DNA of 63,299 nucleotides, filler included, from Octopus bimaculoides (taxonomy: Eukaryota): the NCBI RefSeq assembly GCF_001194135.2. It is 6 parts of 5 records of this genome, joined end to end, with 100 filler letters (N's around TTAATTAATTAA, not from the genome) between each part and the next. Parts side by side here need not be neighbours in the genome. Positions count along the whole stretch, not along the records: positions 1 to 28,561 come from NC_068986.1; 5 more parts are not named here. The stretch is one strand, 5' to 3'. The notes below the pieces were generated by a model, which did not search any database, was not told where the DNA came from, and saw only the letters and a list, made by a program, of their open reading frames with translations. The translations under genes and the position numbers were made by a program. This document shows, one piece after another, positions 1 through 11,149 of the stretch (within the stretch, counting starts at the first letter, position 1; the number at the start of each line of letters is the position of its first letter).

Positions 1-180
1 ATTTATCTATTTATTTATCTATTTATTTATCTATTTATTTATTATATCTTTCTCCGTTTTCTTCCTCTGTTTAGACGAACTTTCCTACCTTTTCGGACAA
101 AACCTTTTGTAACCTTCGTCCTGTCTTTGTCCTTATATGTCTTTAATTGATATTAGCCCTTGTGGCCAATAAAACGAATT

Positions 181-181
181 A

Positions 182-228
<47 letters not shown>

Positions 229-265
229 TATTATTATTATTATTAATTATTATTATTATCATCAT
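181..265. repeat. (ATT)n microsatellite grading into (ATC)n
   Basis: Direct trinucleotide run. Confidence 0.95.
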
Positions 266-647
266 CCTCATCATCTAAAGCTTCTACGTGATAATGTAAT
301 TAGAACAGATGATAATTTAAGTCTCTTCAGTTCTCAAGAAAATCTCCAAGAATTCTTGCAGAATACATTATCATAACTGAAAAAACCCCCACCAAAAGTT
401 GTCTTAGAAATAAATAATATGCGATAACATATATAAAACACTGTTTATGTATTTTAGATTAATTTTGCTTTTGTTACTGCCAGTTGAGTATGAATATTTC
501 GAGTTACTGTAAGAAAATTATGTATGCTTATATTCGTTTACAATATATATTATTGATATAACTGATAATTGCTCCTAGGACAGCTGTGAATTTATGCTTA
601 TCTTCAACAACACCAAAATCTATGCACACAAAGATACAGAGATACGT

Positions 648-683
648 ATACACACACACACACACATACACACAATCTCTCTC

Positions 684-714
<31 letters not shown>

Positions 715-832
715 CTATCATTCTCTCTCTCTCTCCCTCTCTCTGTCTGTCTCTCTCTCTCTCTCTCTATCTATCTACCTCTCTCTCTCCCTCTCTCTCT
801 CCCTCTCTCTCTCCCTCTCTCTCTCTCTCTCC
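648..832. repeat. Compound (CA)n/(CT)n/(CTAT)n microsatellite
   Basis: Direct; it explains the spurious ORFs at 586-1014. Confidence 0.95.
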
Positions 833-889
833 CGCATACACGAACACGTGTTGGTGAATGTTTCTATGCGTGTGTAACAAAGATAATTG

Positions 890-1870
890 TAATATAAACA
901 TCTCAGAATCGACAAAAATATTGCATATGCTGATGTTGGGTAGAAAGTTAGGGTTATATAGGCATGCTTCAGCAAACTTCGAAAACTATGGAATTCAGTA
1001 CCCGCTGCATTCAATAAAAACTTTATCCCTCTCTACTTCACAGTGCCACTGCTAGTTCCAACATTTGGGTTCTAGACTGAAAAAATACGCAACGTCTACA
1101 AGAGGACTAAGAATACAGTTACAACGAATGATAAATCTCACAAGAAAACAATTACAACGAATGATAAATCTTACATGAACAGGGTATATGCTAAATGAAG
1201 GGTGAGCAGCAGAGGCATAAGATTAATCCAGAACAGTGACACAGGCAGATGATATATGTTAAATGAAGAGATTGAGAAGAGAAGTGAGTGAATCCCGTTT
1301 ATACTTGACAGTGAAAGAAATATCTACAGGAGATTAGGCGAAGAACTGAATAGGAAATGTGAGTATACACTACTTCCAAGAAAACCAAGAGTGGCTGAAC
1401 TGACTTAGGTAAATAGAGGCTTGAAGGAGATATCAGCAGAAATTAATAGAAAATACTAACAATATTAGCAGTAATAGAAGCTTCTTCTGGACTTGTGTTA
1501 ACGTATTACATCTAACCTAGAAGGCTATACCATCGGTATCCAAGTAAAGTAAACAGTTACTACTTATGTTGTTATCTGGAGAGATATGGACGCGTCTAGA
1601 ATTCCTTGAAGTGATAGAAAATGCAAATTGTGTCTTGCTGCAGTGTGGAAGATATCACCTGTATCATCAGCAGCTGTCCAAAAGTGTCCGTAATATATTA
1701 CCTGTCCTTCAAATATGTCATTTTGCCAAAACAAGCTACAATGTTATGCGCAGAAAGGATTGTCCGGATACCAATACTAAAAGCACTCCAGAAGAAAAAT
1801 TATCCACTTCTTTAAAAACAATACCTATATGTTGGAAAGTTCCAGTAAAAACAGCAACCCGGGTTTAACG
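890..1870 (+). mobile_element. Degenerate R4/Dong-type RLE non-LTR retrotransposon fragment (RT C-terminus and CCHC region)
   Basis: Frameshifted translations YKHLRIDKNIAY (YKYLG motif) and a C..VEDITxIISSCPK..YYL stretch (CCHC knuckle), like the better preserved copy at 19.7 kb. Confidence 0.65.
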
Positions 1871-1994
1871 CAATAACTGGGCTATTGTTGCATGAGAAGG
1901 GAAATAAAGCTTATGCACTGTTGTAGAGATCAGCTGCCTGATGAATGTGAATATCTTGTAAAAAAAAAAAAACTGAAGAAAAAGAGAACATATA

Positions 1995-3345
1995 TGGAGA
2001 ACTAATAAGAAACCGACAGCACTGATATCCAGGCAATAAATTTTCATTTGTACCCATTGTCGCAGGTACAAATATGGAGATGATCAAGGAAGCAATTGAA
2101 ACAAGAATCTTTAAAAACACTAAGGAAAAGATGACTATGGGATGTAACTCAATCATTAGTTTAAATTACAAAGACGGAAAACAACTTACAGGAGATGTTC
2201 TAAATTAAAAGGAAAGGGCCCCAGATATTTTGGAAGCCGAAGGAAATTATAAATAATAAAACTGCGAGCCCAGGCGGAACTGAAATAGATACGATAAAAG
2301 TGGTTGGAGCAAGCACAAGGAAAGAACTAGCTAAACTATATACAAAATACCTACATGAACATAAGACACTGGATATGTGGGAAATTTCCAAACAGATCCT
2401 CCTTTACCAAAGAGGTAATACCAAAAATTTAAAGTGCGATAGACTATTCAGTTGACTATCGCACATCTACAAGATCTTCTCAAAAATCATATCAAAAAGA
2501 ATTACGAGAAGCTCAAGGTGAACATTACAGCAAAAAAGGCAAATTTCAGGAAAAACTATTGCACAATAGATCACATACATGCTAGAAACCAGCTGAGGGA
2601 AAATACCAAACTTACAACATACCATTATGCTTACCATTTGTTGATTTTGAGAAATCTTTTGGTTCCGTGGAAATTGATGATGTACAAAGAGCACTAGAGG
2701 AAGAGGAAATCGAAAGTGACTTTGTGAAATCATTATAGAATGTGTACACCAGTTGCAGGACAACAGAAACTATACACAAGAAAGCGATTGATGTAAACAT
2801 TGGTAAAGGAGTCAGACAAAGAGATACCATATCACCCAAATTATTCAAATCTGTATAAGAAAAAGTTTTTAAAAGCTTATATTGTTCATGAACAGTATCT
2901 TGCGCATGTGTCTAAGAAGAAAGTTCTTCGGCCAGTGTTAACTGCCTACTGTTTTTTATGCATTGCAAACATGGACTACCTACAAGAACATTGAAAATAA
3001 ATTAAGATGAATTAAGGTCATGGAAAGGAGAATGTTGAAAATTAACAAAATGGATAAGTGAACAAACAACATGATAAGAGTGACAACAGGTTTAACGGAC
3101 ATTATCTGGAAAATAAACATCCTGGAATGGTCATTTGCGGAGCAAGTGTTAAGATGAAAGGATAATAGATGGAATAGCAGACTGAGAGAATGAACATTAC
3201 GTCCAAAAAGAAGACGAGGAGGAGGAACATGCAGAAGTAGGAATGACTTTGTTAAACTCTCCGGCACCTGAATGTGGATGAGGAAAATATCAGACTGTGG
3301 TTGGTGGAGAAAACATGTTGACACATTCGTCTAGTAGTGAACTGA
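1995..3345 (+). mobile_element. Degenerate RTE-clade LINE (RT region to 3' end)
   Basis: Broken motifs resembling YRPISLLSHIYK, QAGFRKNYSTIDHIHAL, FVDFEKAFDSVE and KGVRQGDTISPKLF. Confidence 0.8.
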
Positions 3346-3417
3346 ACATGTGAACGGATTACGTATATATGTATTTATGTACATGTGTGCACTGTGCAGT
3401 AACTTGGGTATTTATTA

Positions 3418-3451
<34 letters not shown>

Positions 3452-3452
3452 C

Positions 3453-3483
<31 letters not shown>

Positions 3484-3485
<2 letters not shown>

Positions 3486-3633
3486 CCTTTCTACAAAAAG
3501 CACAAGGTCTCAAATTTGGAGTAAGGGATTAAATCGATTACATCGACTCCAGTGCATAACTCGTACTTAATTTATCAACCCCGAAAGGATAATAAGTAAA
3601 GTCGATCTCGGCGGAATTTGAACTCAGAACATA
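3484..3633 (-). mobile_element. SINE family B (tRNA-derived), body and tail
   Basis: Reverse complement of the repeat seen at 13481, 13858 and 14098 (gagttcaaattcc B-box; gtcgatgtaatcga; ccttgtgc; TTA tail). Confidence 0.8.
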
Positions 3634-3676
3634 GCGCTCGGTAGTGAAGTGAAAGCACGTCATAAAAATAAAACTA

Positions 3677-3680
<4 letters not shown>
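3634..3680 (+). mobile_element. About 47-bp 3' tip of the R4/Dong-type LINE followed by (TAA)n
   Basis: gcgctcggtagtgaagtgaaagcacgtcataaaaataaaactactgaataat matches the 3' ends at ~20415-20465 (+) and ~62991-63040 (-). Confidence 0.85.
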
Positions 3681-3711
<31 letters not shown>

Positions 3712-4289
3712 GTGCTATGTAACAAGTGGAGTTCTAATGCAAAAGAACAGATTATACCGCTGTGCATTCTCCAGATAAGATAGAAAATAAATTGTATCCG
3801 GTTTGTATCTTTTAGACACAATCGAAATTGTAATAAAAATTTATAAAATATTTGTTTGCCCTGATATAGATACAGAATAAACACATATGTAGAAACACTA
3901 ATGAGTCACACTTACTTTTGAACTAACATAATGCGTATACCCACTAAACGAGTAAGTATACATATCATGGACCTACAGATGATTACACACACGCACGCAG
4001 ACATACACACATACACTCACACAGTTATCCAAATACCAATAATTAAAAAAAAAAAAACAATGCAGACACCTAAGAGCTGTCTTGGCTTAAACAAAAAAGC
4101 CTTGCCACTTTGTTAGTGACTAACCTGAATTCTGCAAAGGAAAAATTCTAAAATATATCTAAATCGGCCAGAATACAGCAGAATGTAGCATAAATCTATA
4201 GTAAACGCATGAATATAAATCGACACAAGTATACATACATACACACGTACGAGGAATGAAAATGCCCGTGACCTTTGCACACACTGAGT

Positions 4290-5080
4290 GATCTTGGTGT
4301 CATTGATGTCACCTTTGAATTGTTGTAGATCAACACTTGCAGCAAGACATGATCAGGAAATTGAGTCCAGAAGTCCACTGTTCTTGGGAGAGAGTGTGAA
4401 GCTTTTTGTTATTTCGGGAACGGATGGCGTTAGATACAACTAAGTGACAACTTTTGGAGTAATGAAGGTTTCAGGAGTGACCTTGAATGGTGGAAGTATG
4501 AAGTCGACCGGAGATCATAACTCTGGCGATAGGAAAAACGAAAAGGAGTACCAGCACATCTTTGGGCCAGAAAATGCAACGTATTTGCAATCATTAAATG
4601 TTAATTTGTTGATGTGATCCAGAATGTCTGTGCGCAGAGTAGCAGCAGCACTGTCCAGATACGGAAACATTACTAATTGTGGGAAACACTTGAGCCTCGT
4701 TGAATATCAGCTCCCAATAGTTTAAATATTTTATGGCTCTGAAAGAAAAGGCCAAATTTTCAGACAGCCCTAGTTACGTTAAAGGTGTGTTGTCGCTAGG
4801 AAAGATCACTAATGGCAGTGAAACAGCATTTGGAGCGACTGAGAGGACTCTAGTTGATTGTCATTCATGTTAAAAGGATTTGTGGCGCAATGAGGATATC
4901 TTGATATGAGTAGTGTTCGTAATGTTTGTGCTCTTAAAAAAGACAATTTGGTATAAACTCACTGAAAGGATGCTCTCTATGTTCATAGAATCAATGCGTT
5001 TAGTATCTCAGTTACGTGAGTATAAGATATCACTAGGAAATGTTTTGTTGTAAATGCGCTTGCATTGTCCTCCATGTACA
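4290..5080 (-). mobile_element. Degenerate CR1/Jockey-group LINE, RT C-terminal part
   Basis: Minus-strand fragments resembling LYKAQVRPxxxYxSxIWD..LDxI and LWNQLPDHVF..FKxDIN. Confidence 0.6.
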
Positions 5081-6582
5081 ATTGCTATCACATTATTTTG
5101 TAAATAGAATGTTAAACATATTTGCATAACATTTATTAGTCAATTTCAATAATTCAAACTCATACAACACAGCTGAAATTAATATTGTAATTATGGAATA
5201 ATTTTTTGCTGTCACTGTAATCTTTGTATTCATCCAAACAGCTGCTAAATTTCCTGAAGCTATTGTAGCCGAAACAAACATTCTTCTTTTCTAAGAGTTA
5301 TTTTTACTGTTTTTTTTTTCTCTTTTACGGCAATTATTTCCATTCCACACCTTCATGCAATTCTATCGGAACATTTTGTTATATTAGTAAGTACTCCTAA
5401 ATGAATATTATCAGTGAATCGGGGATTATTGTTTCACTACTTCAGACTTTAACAATTCCTTGAAAAGACCGAGTGTTTCTATCATTATGTATTTTAAAAA
5501 CACATCGAAAGCATAGGAAAAGAAATCGCCCTTTCTGATATCGAGTATTTTTTATATATATATTGTTATATTGGTGAATTGTCACTCAAAAGCAAGATTT
5601 TGTAGTTCTGCGTCACATAGGAACCAAACTATTTTAGATTTAATACAATTGTATATGAAAATGTAAAATGATGTCCCAAGTATTTTCCTGCAAAATGCTA
5701 GCGTTATATATCTGCCTAATCATGTTCCTGGTTAGTAAAACATACAGAAAATTAAAATCTTTGCTCGACTGGTTAATCGAACAAATTCTACAGTTATTTA
5801 CTCGCTTTAGGGTGTTTTTCTTTTCTTGGCAGACATAATAATTGATCCATACCAACTCCAATGTGTAAAACTCTATTAAAAGTTTTACAAAGAACATCAG
5901 TGACATTTTCCTCTCCCTGTTTTAATGGTCCGAATTTCTGTTATCTAGAGCAGGTGATTCTTAATTGCTTGTGCAACATCAATACAGCAGTATTCAGAAT
6001 TTTTACTCTTCAATCGATGGCCTATATTAACATCTCCCCAGAATAAAAATGTTTCTATAAGAACTTTTCTCAAACAAGCTGTATATCTATGCGTTCTACC
6101 ATCATTATCGCAAGTGGTTGGTGAGAATCGGAAGTGGTCGATTATTACTATCTGTAAATTTATTTTCATTTCTCAACCACCTTGGCAACCTGTGAATTTC
6201 AAGTATTTTCTCAGCATCCCTGGAAAATGCGTGGTGATTCAATTCTTTTGCTTGACGAGAGTTAATAAGCATGAATTTAAAATTGGATTAAAAAGAACTT
6301 ATAACAATGCAATAAGCTTTTTACTCAAACAAATAATATTTATTTCATTTTATTACGACATTTCGAGCTTTTAAAACTCATATTTCTGATGATAAGGGGA
6401 ATTAGAATGGCATTAAAATAGTTTGAATACATTTTTGTCGGATCGGAAGTTAAGCGATCTTTTGATATTTAAATATTTAAGAAAAACATAAAAGAAAAAG
6501 TTACTGTGACAATTCAACTGTTTCTTTTATTCAAATCTCATATTTCATATATTCTGTTAATGCAAAACAAATTAGAAATAGA

Positions 6583-6914
6583 GGCGTAGGCGTGGCTATG
6601 TGGTATGAAGCTTGCTTCCCGATCATATGTTTCCGAGTTAAGTCCCACTGCATGATACCTTGGGCAAGTGCCTTCTACTATAGCCTTGGGCCGACCAAAG
6701 AAATGTGAGCGGATTTCCTACATATCCCTAGCGCTTAACAACCGGTGTTCGTGCGTCTACATCCAAGTAACTTAGCTGTACGGCAAAAGATAATGATAGA
6801 ATAAGTACAAGGCTTAGCAATTAAAAATAAGTCACAAATTAGTCAAAGCGGTGTCCCAGCATGAACACAGTTTAATGAATGACACGAATACAGGAGCAAA
6901 AGAATAAAAGAATA
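6583..6914 (+). mobile_element. SINE family A (tRNA-derived), internally deleted copy
   Basis: Head ggcgtaggcgtggctatgtggt..gttaagtccc, body ccttgggcaagtgccttctactatagcc, tail aaaagaata; homologous to 26797-27351. Confidence 0.85.
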
Positions 6915-7276
6915 TCTACAGCATAATGAAAATTTTACACCAAAATGTTTGGCTTGAAGAGATGCTGAAATGGACGTGAGTTCGACAAATATTACCTTTT
7001 TAACCACTATTTCTTATTCAATCATGAAAAAGAGCCTCTAAGCTTTACATATCATAAGAGAACATACACATCTTCTTTGTCGCATTAAAAACTAGTTTTT
7101 TGCCTTCTTCAGGCTTTTGTTGTAATTTTAAAGTCGCAATGTTTCGTGCATTTTCTCAAAACAAAAACGGAAAACCACATACACACACACATATATATGT
7201 GTAAGTGTTTGTGTATGTGTGTGTGAGTATGTGTTCGTGTGCGTGCGTATTAGTGTGTATGTAATTATGCATGTAT

Positions 7277-7314
<38 letters not shown>

Positions 7315-8766
7315 AGAGATAGCTATGCAAATATGTATATTATATGTATGTATGTGTGTCTATAAATATAGATAGATAGTTATGCATATACATAAATACA
7401 TTCATATTTACAGATATATATATACATACATATACGTACATATATATATATAGATACATACATACATGCATACAAACACATAGACAAGTACACATTTATT
7501 TCATATACCTTGATCTATAAACGTAAATATATATAAACCCACACAAATATATGCATACACACAAACTGACACATAAACACTTATATGTATGTGTGTTCAT
7601 ATGCATTTACATATGCACTTTTCTAATTTGTATGTGCATGCATAAGACTTTATTATGATATGTATATGTCTTGTAAAGATATAATGCTTTGCTTACAGAA
7701 ATTTGCTTTCACATCCGAGTTGGTTATTTTTTCAGATTATAATCTTTTTTCTTTCAAGCTTGCTTATTGATATAAGTTTACATAGAACACAAAACGTACC
7801 AGTAGTCACAAAAAAAGAATACCAAATTAATAAATGTGTATGTGCGTGTATGTAAGTATGTATGTACGTGTGTATGTATATATGTGTCTGTGTGTGTGCG
7901 CGTGTGTGTGTGCATGTCTTTACATGCACGTGTTGCTGTGTATATGTATGCCATATGTGTATACATTTATTCTAGAATTATGACCCTACAAGAGCGTAAC
8001 TGTGACAATACATATAGTATTTCATGTTATCTGAAGTCAGAGACAAATATTTATTGGAAATCATTACGACCAACAAGTTTGCTCTCAACCACATCAACAT
8101 ACATAGTCACATGTTTAGGACTAAGTTTTAAGACAAGCTAACATCGGCTTATATTTATATACGTATAATGATTTCCGATATTTACTTATCTACCTCAGAG
8201 GAGATACGACATGTATTAAAATAGTAACCTCCATGTAAGGTCATATTTTAAAAATGAAATGATGGATACTTTACATATCCAATCTATAAAATCGTTGATT
8301 TATTACTTCCTAGATATATGTTCGAGAGTTATAGAGTTTACATGTATGTGTGCATGTATATATGCATATATATATATATGTGTGTGTGTGTGTGTCTGTG
8401 TGTGTGTGTGTGTGTGTGTAAGGGGGGCAGCGCGTGTGTGTAATGAAACGTAATATATGTGTATCTGAATATATGATGAGAAATGTTTACATATACTTCT
8501 GTATGTGTTTGTATGTGTATGCCCGTGTGTGTCTATTAATAGAAGAACATTCTTGGAAAACAAATAAAAAGTGCCTGCAATAAAAGTAGTAGCTTGATTC
8601 ATTCATTTCGTAGTAACCGCGACATCATTCTGTCACAATTTCATTTATTCCGTTTTATCACCTTTAATGTCATCGTTACGTTGAATATCACAGACACACA
8701 CACAAATACACACACACACACACTCACACTCACACACACGCAGCACACAGCACACACACACACCAC

Positions 8767-8803
<37 letters not shown>

Positions 8804-9126
8804 CTGTTCTTTTGTTTTGCCATGTATTTCTGTTTAATACAAAATGAATTTCCATTTAAGAATGCAAAATACACAATACCTGAAATGTTGTAGAAAAGTT
8901 GATTATATTAACTTAGTGGCTCCTACAAGTCTATTGACTTTTTTTCTGTTACGAAATTATGAGGGAGCAAAAGATCATTTCTGTTTGTAAAAAATACATA
9001 TTAGCGATTTAGCGAGTATTAATACTGAGAGGTAATATTTATCCCCTCTTAAACTTGGATATTCTTTTACAACAAACTATACTGCGGTAAATACCATGAG
9101 ATAAAATTCTCATGTGGTCTTTACGT

Positions 9127-9405
9127 GCAAAATGCAAGCTTATCCATATCGATAGCGGGCACTGTTTTCTATATATCGCTGGCATGGAGATGAATTGTCA
9201 CTATCTCTAGCGTCCATTATTGACAAGACCAACGAAGGACAAAATTACGGGATCTGGTGATCTCGGTGCTGGAGATGGCGGGGACTTATCTTCCCTCTTG
9301 CGATATAAACAAGAGTGTAATTTTCATCAAAAGCCAATAAGAGAATTTCTCTCGTGGTATCTCCCAAGAATAATTTGTTCCAAAAGATCATCCACGTTAA
9401 GTGCG
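9127..9405 (+). repeat. Hammerhead-like repeat, copy 1 (motif at 9204-9275)
   Basis: Aligns (roughly 70% by eye) to 9659-9882. Contains TTGACAA-GACC..GGAC-AAAA-TTAC..GTGA-TC within stem tctctagcg/tgctggaga. Confidence 0.6.
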
Positions 9406-9467
9406 TATATTAGCTCTCGGTATCAATATTGCCTCTGCTGCTAATATATAATTTTTATACACTTACA

Positions 9468-9655
9468 GTACAGTTGAATACTAGGGTCAATGTAATCGAC
9501 TTAACCTCTCCTTCAAAATTGCTGGCCTTGTGCCAAAATTTGAACCCAATATTACTTGAAGGCGATGAGCTGACAAGATCACGCCGGGCTTAGTGGAATT
9601 TCCTCCGTCTTTACGTTCTCAATTCAAATTCCACCGAAGTCTATAAAATGAGTGA
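9468..9655 (+). mobile_element. SINE B tail fused to a deleted SINE B head
   Basis: Homology to the family B copies; reappears inverted at 10398-10560. Confidence 0.8.
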
Positions 9656-9658
9656 ATC

Positions 9659-10290
9659 GCAAATTGCGACAGCAATGCCTGTTCTGGAGCTGTATTGCTA
9701 TATCTCGCTGGCGAGAAGATAAATTGCTGCTATCTCTAGCGGTCGAGTGTCCTTCATGGACGAGACCAAGGAAGGTCGAAATCATGTGTTCTTGTGGTTT
9801 CAGCGCTGGAGAAGGCGGTGTTTCTCTCATGCTATCTACCGCTGTATAGTTTCTTCTAACAGAACATCTAGGTTTAAGTGGGGTTAAATAGATGTTTGTG
9901 GCAGGGTAGAATTTGCGAACCTCCTTAGGATCCAATCCTTGTTGCAGTTTGTTGGCTTATGTGCCTCAATGATTCTGACGACATGCCAGCGGAGTGCAAC
10001 ACTCTAATAGGGTGTCCCATACTGGACAGGTTAAGGAAACAAGCTACACTAATATGGACCACCTCTTGCAAAAAGTAAAAATGGGTTCGCATAGGGTCAA
10101 TACCCCTACCAAGAACAAGGCAAAGTTAAAGTAATATCGATGATAATTCAACATAAACAAGACCTGGAAGAGGCAAGCCTTCCCTCAGTGGGTGGATTAC
10201 ATTGAAAGTGGTTGTGAAGCATGCCCAGAGTGGATAGCAGCAGCAGAGAAAAGTCGTCGATAGTCTATGCTTCATACGGAGCGAAGCTTA
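9659..10290 (+). mobile_element. Hammerhead-like repeat, copy 2 (motif at 9733-9812), continuing into an RTE-like 3' end
   Basis: TGGACGA-GACC-aaggaa-GGTC-GAAA-TCATG..TGTGG-TT within stem tctctagcg/cgctggaga. The distal end translates to HAQ....RKVVDSLC, like the RTE terminal AQxRxxWRxxVxxLC motif. Confidence 0.55.
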
Positions 10291-10291
10291 A

Positions 10292-10680
10292 TTTCAAATT
10301 TTGAAAAAAGATCAGCAATTTCAGGACAGGAGATAAATCGATTATATCGACTCCAGTGTTCAGCTGGTGCTTATTTTATCAACCCCTGTGTTCAATGTCA
10401 CTCATTTTATAGACTTCGGTGGAATTTTGAATTGAGAACGTAAAGACGGAGGAAATTCCGCTAAGCCCGGCGTGATTCTGTCAGCTTGTCGCCTTCGGTA
10501 AGTAATATTGGGTTCAAATTTTGGCACAAGGCCAGCAATTCTGGAGGAGAGGTTAAGTCAGTGACATTTGAACCTCGGTGATATTTGAACTCAGGATGTA
10601 AAGACAAAATATCGCTAAGTATTTTGCCCGGCATGTTAACGATTCTGCCAGCTCGTCGCCTTCGGTAAGTAGTATTGAGA
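10292..10680 (-). mobile_element. Rearranged cluster of SINE B fragments
   Basis: Tail, tail-head junction and a second head in reverse orientation; gtcgccttcggtaagta occurs twice (~10487 and ~10656). Confidence 0.8.
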
Positions 10681-11149
10681 AGTGGATTTTGGTAGTTGTG
10701 GGAATAACCTGAATGTTAGCCACTTGTCTCGTCTTACATTGTAATATAGAAATGAAAGCAACCGAGAAAAAGTTGTGCACGTATACTCTGGGACAGAAAA
10801 AGCAAGGTTGAAAATGACAGGAACATGTAAGAGGGCAGGTTTTAGGCGGAAAATTTTTATATCAAATAAAGATGGGATTTGATGATAGAAAGGTATCAAG
10901 GGAAAGAGATGTTTAAAAGAAAAATGAAGGTTAATAAATGAAGTCAAGCGATGAATAGATGACTACATAAATTGATAAATAAATTGAAAGACGGAGGTGC
11001 AAAAATAAATAAACTTTATTGAAAGATGGTACACAGATAGAGAAAGTAAATCCTTTGAAGAAGTGTTCTGAAATTATTGATTTTTCTTATTATTAATTCT
11101 TATTATTATCATCAACATTTTGCAAAGATAAGCTAGCTCATATATCAAG

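Noticed and set aside
5080-6400. Several 60-90-aa ORFs in unique AT-rich sequence
   Set aside because: No recognisable motif or consistent splice signals were found.
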